Positions 41,480 through 54,918 are shown, numbered from the stretch's first letter. The stretch is DNA of 64,000 nucleotides from Octopus sinensis (GCF_006345805.1 NC_043001.1:9362001-9426000); one strand, 5' to 3'. Made by a program: numbers and translations. The notes: generated by a model not told the origin, from the sequence alone.

Positions 41480-41993
41480 TTAAAGATGTGATAGAACCTA
41501 CCTTAACATGATGAAAAAAGCTTCGTGTTGTTTATTTAATAATTGCAGTGAAATTTGCATTAATATTTGCAAGGCTTCTTTTAGGCGTAGTCCACAGGTG
41601 GATTGTTGGCCTTGGTATGGGACCCCGGAATCTATTATGGCCCATGATTTCCTACATGGTACCTTTCTCTTTATTAGATGGTGTATATAGTTGTCTAGGG
41701 AATTCTTTTGTAGTTTTCTCTCATTCGGATTTATTTAGGCCCGTAGTAACCAGCAGTGCATCGTCCCTAAGCAAGCACTCATTGAGGTTAAGGAAATACG
41801 TGCTGAGTTGGTAGAAGTGGAATAGTTCGACCAGATCTGTGACCTGAGTGGAGGAGCCCATGGTTATATCGAAAAAGTTATTATTGAGGATAGTTCGGCA
41901 GCAATGCTTATCGTCCAAGGAGTTGAGTCTTTCTGGCAGTTAGAAGTTAGAATTACGTCTATTTCTAAGGGGGTCAAAGTAGTCTTTAGCTAG

Positions 41994-41996
<3 letters not shown>
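41480..41996 (-). mobile_element. Internally deleted PLE ORF (RT core joined to the GIY-YIG C-terminus)
   Basis: PW..FFDITMGSSTQVTDLVELF..LLRDDALLV, then WAIIDSGVPYQGQQSTCGLRLKEALQIL..LLNKQHE. Confidence 0.7.
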
Positions 41997-42038
<42 letters not shown>

Positions 42039-42161
42039 GTGCGTATGTATGTATATATGTGTATATATCTATATCTATCTATATATATATGTATATATAT
42101 ATATGTATATATGTGTATGTAAATATATATATATATCTATATATCTATATATCTATCTATC

Positions 42162-42216
<55 letters not shown>

Positions 42217-42300
42217 AGATATGTGAGCTTATGTGTATATGTATGTGTGAGTGTATGTGTGTGTATGCGTATGTATGTGTACGTATGTACCTATGCGTGT

Positions 42301-43443
42301 GTGTATACGCTTTCTTCCTTTTCTTCGACCCCTCTGTCAACATAAGTACCTTAGAAGCTCGTTACTTTCAATCTAATAATTTTAGTCCTTGTATGTAGTC
42401 TTTAGGTTTTAATTTTCTTAGTTTGTAATTTACGTTTTAATTTTTCATTTTTAACTTTAATCCCAAGTTTTAACTTTAATTCTTAATCCATTATCTCCTA
42501 TCATTTAATTGCTATTAAGCTTGAAATATAATTTTAAATATCCGTACTAACCACTATCCTATTTTCCTTTGCAACCTTACCTAGACTGGCCTTCCACCCC
42601 ATCTTTACTGAAACTTTAGCGTTTGACCTTTCAACCCGATGCAATATTGACATATCTCTATCATTACCTTTATTTTTATTTTATCCTTATTCTTATTTTG
42701 TCCTTTTATCCTTATTTTCTTCCTTTCTCCGCTCTCACTCATTCTCCTCTCTCTCCTATATACACTCACTCACAAAACTTATGTCTATCTTACTTGCTCG
42801 CTCTATACACACCTTTGCAATATGAACTCATCATTCAAAATCCTGCCAAAAGAACGCCAGGATTTACTTAGGGTTTTAACTAAGAACCTGCCCCTTCATA
42901 GAAGTACCGACCAACATCCATATCCTCTGGAGAAAGATGAGTTATGAACATTATTCTCCTGTCTATATTCTTCTAAGTGGAGGCGCGTGGCTTAGTGGTT
43001 AGGGTGTCAACATCATGATCGTAAGATTGTCGTTTCGATTTCTGGACCAGGCGACGTGTTGTGTTCTTGAGCAAAACACTTCATTTCACGTTGTTCCAGT
43101 TCATTCAGTCGGCAAAAATGAGTAACGCTGCGATGGACTGGCGTCCCGTCCAGCTGGGGAACACATGCGCCATGGAAACCGGGAAACCGGGCCCATGAGC
43201 CTAGCTAGGCTTTAAAGGGGCGCATTTATTTTTTTTATATTCTTCTAACAATCTTTACTCTTTATTCTTCTACTTTATTCCTTATAAACTGTAAAGTTTC
43301 CCTGTCTAAATATTTATACCTTTTCTCTGATGGCGAAATACCCAGTGCGTGGATTTATTAACCAACCGCTTGGGTCATCCCAGAAACGGCTGTAAGACTT
43401 CAAATTGACCCATCCCTAATTAAATTATTCTAAATTACTTGAG
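42301..43443 (+). mobile_element. PLE pseudo-LTR, right (inverted) arm (degenerate HHR 43323-43398) with SINE insertion
   Basis: Colinear reverse complement of 40373-41224; CTGATGG..GAAAC-GGCT-GT-A-AGAC. Confidence 0.7.
42977..43235 (+). mobile_element. SINE with family D head and alternative tail
   Basis: 13-bp TSD tatattcttctaa at 42964-42976 and 43236-43248; the empty site is visible in the paralogous arm near 40570. Confidence 0.9.
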
Positions 43444-44686
43444 ATACGCGTTCTACCATGGTTTTGATCTTTACTCTAATATAATATATGTGAGTGTGTG
43501 TGTATGCGTGTGTGTGTGTGTGTGTGTGTGTGTAAGCGTGTGTATGTGTGTGTATGCGCGTTTGTGTGTGTATGTTCGTATGCAAGTATGAAAACTGTAG
43601 ATAGCGAAATTTTGTAAAACATTTTAATAACTTCATTTTTCCTGTCCCTTGATGTTAGAGGGAACTGTCACTTATCGTTTACGTTACCTTTTGAAGGTCT
43701 ATCTTTTTACATGCTTAATTTCTCAATACCTTTCACTCTCATCCGCCGCCCTTTACAGGTGCATCGTTTTTCAGGTAAGCTTTTTATTTGTCATAAATCC
43801 CTTTATTCTAATAGCTTCGCTTTTCGAACTGCCACTCAGCGACTCACTGTCGTGGTGATGCTTTTCCCAGGTCTACGATTTTTTTTATTTGTAGAACCCC
43901 TTTTCTAAAGATTTCTGAATTTATAGCCCATCTTTTTCTCTTGTTTGTGGTCACTTGTACTACGGGACAAAATCACTGGAAATCGAATTCTGAAAAATAT
44001 CCAAATCCCGGAACTTTTGTTGGCAGAGTAAAACTGGAGAAAATATTTCAATCTAGAAAACGCTGGTTAGAGAATAACAGAGACCCATCTCATTAATAAA
44101 TGGTTTAGCATTTTCAAGCGAATTGTTAATTCTCGTCTGTATGAATTTTACATGACACAACATGGTAAACCTGGAAGTAGAAAATATCTTAAATCTCATT
44201 ATAATCTTACATTTGCCAAAAATTTATTGAATCAACTCTAAAGTGCTATAGCAATTTTTAAAAAGAATTGCGTTATTTAAATTTTCGAATCAACGTGAAT
44301 ATATTTATATCCTTAATCGATATTTTCATTTTATCTATTTACCTGTCTATATGTTGTATATTTATTTATCTAGTTAACAGTGTTGCTTAACACGGGATAA
44401 AATATATGGCACGGGCGAATATATAGTATTTAATATCATTCAATTTCTCATCTGCGAAAGTAAATAGCAAACTTTTGATTTAAAGCTAAAATCAAATTAT
44501 GCAAAAGGCCATTATATTTGAAACTTTCAAAGAAAGGCTATTTGTAAAAGTAAGGTGCCAATTCGGAGGATGATTAAAATAATTCAGTCAATGGAGATAT
44601 AAAAGCTTCTGTAATTGAATTATTCAACCAAATGATATAACAATATGTAAGCGGATAAACACATACTCCACTACATATATATATAT

Positions 44687-44743
<57 letters not shown>

Positions 44744-44747
44744 TATA

Positions 44748-44786
<39 letters not shown>

Positions 44787-45197
44787 TATATATATATATA
44801 TATATGCAAGTCTGTAGACACATATATAGAGAGAGATATAGATAGACAGATAGATAGATGTAGATAGATAGAAACATAGATAGATAGATAGGTAGATAGA
44901 TATGTACAGAGAGAGATGTACGTAGTAATATATAAATATATAAGCAATAAAATACACACACTCAGAAGCAAATATATATATGTGTGTGTGTGTGTGTATG
45001 TATACGTATATATATATGTATATATATATGTATGTATGTGTGTGTATGTATATATATACATGCATATCAAATTTAAATAATAAGGGTGAAAAATTGGATA
45101 TTAATTTGAATATCAATTTAAAACCAGTGGCCTAGCACAATGAAAAGTCTGAAGATTCAGAAAAATAGAACATACACACACACACATACATACATAT

Positions 45198-45246
<49 letters not shown>

Positions 45247-45258
45247 GCATATATGTAG

Positions 45259-45298
<40 letters not shown>

Positions 45299-46036
45299 TA
45301 TATATATATATATATATATATTATATTATTATATGTTTGAACACTACGCATCTTTCCAAGTAAGGTTTATCTTAGTAATTCTGATGCGCTCTCTATACGA
45401 TCTTTTTACTCTTAGTTTTTCTCACATATTCTTTTACCTCCTCTTCTTCCACTATTCTATGATATTACTCTGTCACCCTCTCTCCCTCACTCCTCCTTCC
45501 CTGCTCACGTGGCTCCCACGGGACCATCGACCATCTTTCTTTCTTTCTCTCCGTTGTAGCTGGAACAAGGAAGACGTGCTCTTGTTTGTCTCCTGTCCTA
45601 GCTTGATTTACCCGTTCGCCACTACAACCTCGTTTAGGCTTAGCAGCCCTTCCTGTTTATTTTCACTATCCTGTTTGTGTTACCTATTGTTACTCTCTGG
45701 AAAATCCCAAATGTTATTTAATTTGCTTTGCAGGAGCAACTGTTTTATCGAAACTGTAAATTTTTGTTAAGTGCTCGAAATACGAGACTAGAGAAATAGC
45801 CAACAACTGATTAAGGGTCGTTCTTTATATTTGTTTTATTTTCCATTTGTGTCTTTCGTTGCTCGAAACAATAGTTCATGTTCTATGTACTCTCGTGCTT
45901 CGTACATTTCCATTGTACACGTTCCATGAGTTCCTGTACCCACATATGCATGTATATATATACGTATAGATGTAAGTATGTACATATACGTATGTATATA
46001 TGGATATACATATATACATATATATATATAATATAT

Positions 46037-46072
<36 letters not shown>

Positions 46073-46110
46073 ATTATTTATATTATTTATATTATCTCTC
46101 TCTCTCTCTT

Positions 46111-46162
<52 letters not shown>

Positions 46163-46201
46163 TGTATATTTATGGCCACACACAGGGAAGAATGATGACT
46201 A

Positions 46202-46350
<149 letters not shown>

Positions 46351-46718
46351 TGTAAAGAGAACAGTTTGTGGGAATTTTTCAAATTGTGAAACAGGTATTG
46401 GGAAAGTTTAAACTGTATACAAAGTTGAAACAGAATAGAACGTTGCCAGTGATATGGTTGTTTCTAATCATCCAACGAAGATAATCATAAATGCGAAAGA
46501 CCTTTCAAGACGACAGACGATCACATTGCAAAACAGTGTTTCGCGAAAAAATTCTTACTGTGAAAACCGTCGCTTGATCAGCAGCGAACTATTCGATGGC
46601 GTGGGCAATCAGGAAATGCTGGAACCAAAGGATTTTAGAAGAAAAAATTAAGATGCCTCATTAGGTCGTCAAAATCTGTTGAGAGATGAACATAAAGGGA
46701 ATCGAGCCACAAATATTA

Positions 46719-47104
46719 CTCTTTCTTTTACTCTCTTACTTGTTTCAGTCATTTGACTGCGACCATGCTGGAGCACCTCCTTTTGTCGAGCACATCGACC
46801 CCAGGACGTATTCTTTGTGAACCTAGTACTTATTCCATCGGTCTCATTTACCGAACCGCTAAGTTACGGGTACGTTAACACACCAGCATCGGTTGTCAAG
46901 TGATGTTGGGGGGACAAGCAGAGACACACAAACACACACATATATATATGTATGTATATATATATATATGTGTGTGTGTGTTGTATGTATATATATATAT
47001 ATATATACATATATACGACGGGCTTCTTTCAGTATCCGTCAACAAAATCCACTCACAAGGCTTTGGTCGCCCGAGGCTATAGAAGAAGACACTTAACCAA
47101 GGTG
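46719..47104 (-). mobile_element. SINE family A, 5'-truncated
   Basis: Homologous to 6465-6790. Confidence 0.85.
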
Positions 47105-47109
47105 CGAAA

Positions 47110-47230
47110 ATTTTTTCAAAAATTGTCGTGATAGTTTCGAATGTTCATGAGATCTTTGTGACTGATGTCGTAACGGGTATCAAAACATGGGTGTACGACT
47201 CGATGAAGAAGCAAAAGAATATTCGTCCAC
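47110..47230 (+). mobile_element. Possible mariner transposase relic
   Basis: DVVTGIKTWVYDSMKKQ resembles the first D-motif of mariner transposases (ITGDETWVY). Confidence 0.35.
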
Positions 47231-47482
47231 CAAAATATTTACATCAGCTGTGTTCATGTGTGAAGAGGAAGGTGATCCTTCTTTTATTGGGAGACTGACG
47301 TTCATCATGAATTTGTTACACGCAATAAATAAATGTTTCTAAAGCCCTGAGATGTTTAAATGAGAAAATACAGAGGCAGACACAAACAAAATCTGAATAA
47401 CGCATAATAATGATACACCTGGTCACACTTTACTCCTTATTGGCGAATTTTCCAGCAAAACACTAGATGACTCTCATGTTAC

Positions 47483-48240
47483 GTTACTTTCCGAATATTT
47501 CACCTTACTTTCCGGATATTTCGCGTTACTTTCCGGATATTTCGCGTTACTTTCCGGATATTTCGCATTACTTTCCGGATATTTCGCGTTACTTTCCGGA
47601 TATTTCGCGTTACTTTCCGGATATTTCGCATTACTTTCCGGATATTTCGCGTTACTTTCCAGATATTTCGCATTACTTTCCTGATATTTAGCGTTACTTT
47701 CCGGACATTTCGCATTAATTTCCGAATATTTCGCGTTACTTTCCAGATATTTCGCGTTACTTTCCAGATATTTCGCATTACTTTCCAGATATTTAGCGTT
47801 ACTTTCCGGATATTTCGCATTAATTTCCGAATATTTCGCGTTACTTTCCAGATATTTCACGTTACTTTCCGGATATTTCACGTTACTTTCCGGATATTTC
47901 GCGTTACTTTCCAGATATTTCGCGTTACTTTCCAGATATTTCGCATTACTTTCCGGATATTTCGCGTTACTTTACGGATATTTAGCGCTACTTTCCGGAT
48001 ATTTCGCGTTACTTTCCGGATATTTCGCATTACTTTCCAGATATTTCGCATTAATTTCCGAATATTTCGCGTTACTTTCCAGATATTTCGCGTTACTTTC
48101 CGGATAGTTCGCATTACTTTCCGGATATTTCGCTTTACTATCAGAATATTTCGCTTCACTTTCCGGATATTTCGCTTCACTTTCAGGATATTTCGCGTTA
48201 CTTTCAGATATTTAGCGTTATTTACCGAATACTCCGCTTC
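47483..48240. repeat. 21-bp minisatellite, about 36 copies
   Basis: Unit GTTACTTTCCGGATATTTCGC. Confidence 0.95.
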
Positions 48241-50849
48241 CGGATTTTTTGCTTTTTCTTCAGTCTTTTTTTCTCTTCTGTATTGGTTAGAACCTACTTC
48301 GAAACTTCGGCAATTTCAGACGAAAGAACGATAAAATATTTCAAAAAAATTCAGCAAGTAAGATGCTCACTAACCCTGACATTATTCCACGAAGAAAGCA
48401 AAGCAATAAATTATTTTTATAAATAGTTGCTTCCTTTATGGACATATGTTTCTCGATTGTGGTGGCTTACAGCATATTACTGTAGGGAATATGAAATTTT
48501 TAGCCTTATTTGTTTTCCTATAATTGTGATAGTACCATATGTATGTTTTTGATTAGTTTTGAATTAAGCACTAAGTTTTGTGTTATTTTATAGTCGTGTC
48601 TTATTTTACGCGGATTGTCGAAGTCAACAGTAAGCTTTATAGTGCTGGAATCCGTGATGAATAACACTGAGATTGATAAACATCTAAAGGAAAATAATCC
48701 AAATTGTCTACCATGGTAAATGGAAAATATTAGGTTTATTTCGAACTCTAGTCGTTCTCTTGTTGCGATTTAATTTGGACATTTATAAATTATATTAAAT
48801 GATATGTGCCAATATCAGAAATCAAATAATCATATTCCTTTGTCTGTATTTCTGACAAGCAGTTTAATTAACTGGCCGAAGTTATTTAGACCCCGACAGT
48901 TCGTCTCTTGTGTCTTGAGTTTCCGATCGAAAACTGCCAACTTGTTATCTTTGTGAAGATTCTACAGCTCGGATTGGACATCTACCATCGATAGAAACAC
49001 TAAAAACCATTTAATGGAACTGTCCAGCCTAACGCCCTAGATGGTCGATTCCATTGTGCCAGGTTTTTCATTTAATATTGCTGAAATTATTGTAGTTAAT
49101 TGTGTTTCAAAGAATAAAAGATTAAGTGAGCAATGGAAAAATCTGAAGGCCATCCACCCATTTTTATAGCCCAAAATTCTAGGAGAGTCTTAGGGTCAGA
49201 GTCATTTGGCAAAATCCACCAGAGGGTTTGAGCCGAAGCGGATGTAACCAAATGTTGTGGCTGGATCTACCTCTAGGTTCCTTATCGGTGGATCTTACTT
49301 TCAAATCCTGTCTTCAGATTCTTTAGACATTCTAGCCATATTCTCTATAGAACCGGGGCTATGATCTCGCAATGCAGAGAAGTAGGAATTACACCCGAAG
49401 CTATGCCTTAAAGTTCGAGCTAATCATTATATCGGGTATCGTTACTGTGGTTACCCCTTCAGAGAAACCAGAGCCATCTTAGCAGCAGGGGAGGCCCACG
49501 GGAAAGTCAGTGCACAACACCCTATAGTATTTACATATTGACACAGCAAGCCACAGCATGCATGGATCGGTATTGGGCCCCTGGACGCATGAGGCCCAAC
49601 TGGGCAACTGACCAATGTGCTCACACCTTAGGACGGCACTGTTAGGGACTCCATTCCTTCCGCTCAAATTCATGAATTCAATCTTTTATGATGCTGCACT
49701 GTTAGCTACGTATCTACAAGTTTCTATAGCAACCCCGTTACTAAGGTGTTTGAAACAGATTTATTTTATGTAAAAACTACAACATCCGACAATCAGGTGT
49801 TCTTTATGATCACCTCATACAAGTTGAATACATTCTCAGATTCTACATTATTTCAGTGTAGTAACCTCACACGGAATAATAAAGGCATTGTATGAAAAGG
49901 AAGTAAAATATGCATGGAAAAGATAAGTTGAATGAATACAATGCTGCCATTTCTTTTCCTTCTGTTCCTTTTGGTTTTGTTCTGATTTTTAATATTTTTA
50001 TCCTTAAACATCTCCCTTGTCTGATTTTTGAAAAATGTATTAAACAATATGGTTTCTTTTGTTTATCGCTTTCGTATTATTTTTGTTGTGTTTTCTTTTT
50101 TTTGTTGTGTTTTTTTTTTTGATTAACAATCTTTCTGAAATGAGTTAAATATATTCATAAAAACCCAGTTGAACTAGAAGTGAATATATAATGCAGAATG
50201 AATTAACTATGCAACAGGAACTCTGTTATAAATTACTTGCGGGATAATTACTTGGGCAACTTTATCTCCATTGATGATAAAACGGAGATGGAAAAGCAAA
50301 GGTTAATCTACTTCTTCGATATCTGATAGCGTGTTCGAATTATTGATTTAGTAATACCATAGCAAGATGGAATTGCATAAATATGACAGCTATTCCTATC
50401 TTATTGAAGATTTGGCTACACATTATATTTAATAGTTGTTGACAGACTGTATAAAGACGAAGCCAGCAGTTTAGTACGTTGAGTACGAGCGAGGGTTATT
50501 CCCAGCCCAGTAACTTTATCATCGTTCAGTAAACAGACTATGCAGTTCTTAGTTCAAAATAAGATTAACCCCTTCGTGTAGGTTCACTAAAGGCGGTTTA
50601 AGCTTTATTATTATTATTATTATTAGACCGAAATAATCGATAGTTATAAAGGGCATAAATCTTGGAAATATTTCTTAAAACTGATAAAATACTTGAACTT
50701 TGCCCTGGTGTACTTCATTGATTTTTACTTCATTTTTTTTTCTTATACAATCAGAATAGTTAGGAGAGGGGTGTGTTATGAGTATTGATATAACTTTAAC
50801 TGACTGCTTCATTGAAGATAGTATTAGTCGGACCAATTACCACAAAGAT

Positions 50850-51040
50850 ATTTAACCATAGATTAATATTATTATTATTATTATAATTATTATAGAAAAA
50901 ATAATAATAATATTAATAATAATAATTATTATTATTATTATTATTATTATTTTATTATTATTATTATTTTATTATTATGATTATTATTATTATTATATTA
51001 TTATTATTATTATTATTATTATGATTATTATTATTATATT
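50850..51040. repeat. (TTA)n microsatellite
   Basis: Direct inspection. Confidence 0.9.
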
Positions 51041-51419
51041 TTCTTCTTTCAGGCTTGGTTCAATTTTTGGTCGAGTGTCTTCTCGATACCGAGGGCAAAC
51101 AAAATACTCACTGTATATATTGATGAGCCATTAAAATAGACAGAATAGATTGTTCATTTTTAAAAATTAAATATCTATGCTGAAAAAAAATTATACACAT
51201 GGATAGTTATCGTTCTCATAGCGCCGGTGCTCTTCTCAAGACGTACGACGTACCACTTAAAACAATCTTCTGCACTTCTTGCATGGAGGGTGAACCAGGG
51301 GTTATTTTCTAATAACTTTCAGGTCTTCTTTTGATCATTCCAAATGTTCCTACAATCACTGGTGTTGTACGCACCTTTGAGATGCCACATTTTTCGATTT
51401 CATTGAGGAAATATTTATG

Positions 51420-51575
51420 AGTGGCTGTGTGGTAAGTAGCTTGCTAACCAACCACATGGTTCCGGGTTCAGTCCCACTGCGTGGCATCTTGGGCAAGTGT
51501 CTTCTGCTATAGCCCGGGCCGACCAAAGCCTTGTGAGTGGATTTGGTAGACGAAAACTGAAAGAAGACTGTCGTA

Positions 51576-51656
<81 letters not shown>

Positions 51657-51862
51657 TTGAGTGTCTGTGTTTGTCCCCCTAGCATTGCTTGACAACTGAT
51701 GCTGGTGTGTTTACGTCCCCGTCACTTAGCGGTTCGGCAAAAGAGACCGATAGAATAAGTACTGCGCTTACAAAGAACAAGTCCCGGGGGTCGATTTGCT
51801 CGACTAAAGGCGGTGCTCCAGCATGGCCGCAGTCAAATGACTGAAACAAGTAAAAGAGTAAA
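51420..51862 (+). mobile_element. SINE family A, near full length
   Basis: Head, core, (TA)n linker and tail. Confidence 0.9.
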
Positions 51863-52251
51863 AAAAAAAAAAAGAGTATATATTTTGAGTTCGTCAAATT
51901 ATTTTACCGAGTTCTTATAATCACAAGGAATATTCACAACGACCAATAAACAAAATTTTGTCTGTATGTACAGGAAAGTCGCAAAGAATTGTTACATTTT
52001 CCCCTCAGTTACAGACTCAGGGTGGTGCTTATACCACTTGTCAACAGTTTTTTTTTGATTTTATAATGCTGCCATATTAACCAGTCTAGGTATTGAATAA
52101 CTCTGCCAGGTCTTCATTTATGTTCTACGCTTGATATAAAGTGGTCCACAGATTCATTCTCACCATAGAATATCATAATACACTAGAGGTATTCTTTTAT
52201 TCTTTTACTTGTTTCAGTTATTTGATTAAATTATTCGTACAGCAACAACAA

Positions 52252-52406
52252 TATCGAAAATACCTTAGGAATGAGAACCCAGGTTTGAAATTTCCCCAAG
52301 GCACCTGATGAAGGCTGACGGATATATCAGTCGAAACGTTGTGTTAACAACAAACAAGATGAGGACAAATATCTGTACATAATTCCTCATCTCTTAAATG
52401 CAGAAC
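52252..52406 (+). mobile_element. Family H1 HHR element (HHR 52300-52345, intact core)
   Basis: GGCAC-CTGATGA-A-GGCTGA..TCAGTC-GAAAC-GT-T-GTGTT. Confidence 0.8.
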
Positions 52407-52435
52407 GGCAGCAACATATGATAAAATGAATGCTT

Positions 52436-52670
52436 TGATGGAGACCTGCCGCAAGTTAGCGAGAAGATCAGGCAAAGACGGCTGTGAGTATCTGGTCACT
52501 GCGTGTGTCACCCTCAACTGGCGGTATCCAAACTAGTCTCGTGGAACCCATCTCATGATGGTGTAAGAAGAGAAAAACATCGTCGCACATCGACAACTTT
52601 ATTGCAGACACTGGCCAGGAATGTATCCAGGCCGTCGAGGCAGTGATGATGGGCCGAGAAGTGTGTCGGG
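52436..52670 (+). mobile_element. RTE-clade LINE 3' ORF fragment
   Basis: GDLPQVSEKIRQRRL*VSGHC..VSKLVSWNPSH..DTG..MMGREVCR. Confidence 0.65.
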
Positions 52671-52859
52671 TGAACTTCGTTGCCGATTCCTTGAACCCAG
52701 CTTCAATGATAATAAACTAAAGACCTGTTGTTTTAGCATTTTCAGTTTCTGTTATGTCAGAATTGATAAGATTATTTCTTATCCAATATTTCAAGTTAGA
52801 ATTTTTGACATTTCTATTTTGTAATGTTACGGCTGTTGGATTCAACTTTTATTATTAGT

Positions 52860-53450
52860 TTTTTTTTTTTGTATGCTGTATGTTATTACCATTTTAACTC
52901 CATTTATAGATGCATATTCTTTCTCCTAATTTCTTTGGTTACTTTCTTTAGTTATCTGTGTAGATAACTATTTCGTATATGGCAAAATACTGGGGTTCTT
53001 TTTAACTATTTCTAGATGTACTGATAACTATATTATCATTCTGGTTAATTATATTAACTGTGTTTATATTAGTAACATCGTATTTTTTCTCTTTATTTGC
53101 AATGATTTTTGTTGTGTTTTTTTAATTTGAAACGTTGAGTTAATAGACTGTATGATGTCTTGAGGTTTCTTGTGTTTATATGTAGAACTTACATTATATT
53201 TGGGATTTCTTTCTATCAGTGGATGTAATAAATTGGATTTTATTCTGAAAACAACTTTTTCGACAAAATGTCATTATAATATTCGAAGTTATTTAGTATT
53301 TCTTCATTAGAAGATAGTTTAGAAAGTCTAATAGAAATATTCCTTACAGGGTTTATGGCGGATTTTGTGTGGTTATAATTTTTTAATATATAATGAAGAT
53401 TTGCATTAGTTTGTGAGAGGGAAAGCGTTGGCTACCATTCAAATACAGGG
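52860..53450 (-). mobile_element. Decayed PLE (Naiad-like) RT thumb fragment
   Basis: LHYILKNYNHTKSAINPVRNISIRLSKLSSNEEILNNFEYYNDIL resembles the SNHP..RLSxLSSNEE motif. Confidence 0.5.
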
Positions 53451-53993
53451 TTACCGTTTATAGTCCAGACAGAAAACATAAGCAGCTTACAATTCTTACT
53501 GAAATTTAGGCGTCTCAATCCTAATACGCAATCAGCTAGAAAAAACACACGTAAGATTAAGTAAATTAGGATGTAGTAAATACACCTAAACAATCGATCG
53601 TATTTAATTATGTTCTGGTATATATATATATATATTATATTATGTGTGTATTCTACTGACGATGCAAAGCATTCATAAATGCAAAGTCAGAAATCCGGAT
53701 CTAGAATTATCCAGTAATTTTTCACTAGTTTCATCTTGTCTCTTTGTTTTTTTTCCGTGTTGATATTTGGAAAACTTAGGTGGTTTTAAAGTCAGTTCAT
53801 GGGTGCTATTTTCAGCATGGTGGTATCTCGTAGATGTCCTAATTTATAATTTTAATAATTATTACCTTTAAAGGTTATTTTTTCCATGCTGACCACTTGA
53901 TAAAATCGTTATTTTATTTTTGAATTAACGATCTTATCCTTATATATACATACATATATATATATATAATATATATATATAATATATATATAT

Positions 53994-54220
53994 ACCGGAG
54001 TAAACACATAAATGTGAAACAAGGTGGAAAAAAGAGTACTCAAATACCAGTGGTAGAGTAATATGCTTTATTTAAAGCAGCAGAAAATTCAACAAAACCT
54101 GTTACTCTGAGTTTCCCGTTGCCGTTCGTCGGACAGTTTCTAGCAAAAACTGTCCGACGAACGGCAACGGGAAACTCAGAGTAACAGGCTTTGTTGAATA
54201 TTCTGCTGCTTTAAATAAAG
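53994..54220. mobile_element. HHR-bearing element forming a palindrome with 74-bp arms (54066-54220)
   Basis: Same leader as 93-130; arms 54066-54139 and 54147-54220 differ at 2 positions; CCGACGA-core HHRs at 54099-54136 (-) and 54150-54187 (+). Confidence 0.85.
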
Positions 54221-54251
<31 letters not shown>

Positions 54252-54298
54252 ATATATATATATATATAATGGAAACTGAAGAGAAACGCCCAAGATGT

Positions 54299-54389
54299 TA
54301 TCACCGACATATGTTTCAATAGATGCATTACAATAAATCCGAAAGGATGAATAATGTGGAACAATGGATCAATCTCATCAGGGAGGATA
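54299..54389 (-). ncRNA. Type I hammerhead with long stem II
   Basis: Reverse complement TATCCTCC-CTGATGA-GATTGAT..ATCTATT-GAAAC-ATAT-GT-C-GGTGATA. Confidence 0.6.
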
Positions 54390-54918
54390 TAAACAACAGT
54401 GGGCATCAATAAGTCAGGTGTTTACATTGGAAAAACACCGTTTCAGCTATTTCAAATAATATCGACCCCTTACCTAATAATATCTGCAACTTAATCTTTA
54501 TTCTTAATTTCAATAGCTCTATTCTTTCCTTCACCTTTTCGTTCCATCCATCATTTATTCTCTGTTTGCTTATAACTCCATTTCTCCTTTAATTATCTTT
54601 CTCTCTTTCTCACTTCCTTCTCTTTTTCTCTCGCCTTATGAAGCCAAATTTCTTAACGGTATCTTTTTTAAAAATTACTAGCGTTCCCTATACAACTTTG
54701 ATTTCCAAATATGTATGTGTGTGTACGTGTGTGTGTAAGTATGCATTTGCATGTATATGTGTGCACGTGTGCGGGTGTGTATTTATATATATACATATGT
54801 ATACATACATATGAATAGGCCTGTATATATATATATATATATATATATACATGCATATATCATATATTGTAGTTTCTTATATCTGTTAAAATGACTTATT
54901 GTTGCACACTGTTGTTTC

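Noticed and set aside
47483-48240. CRISPR-like reading of the 21-bp and 25-bp repeats
   Set aside because: Units are contiguous with no unique spacers, no cas genes are present, and the context is eukaryotic.
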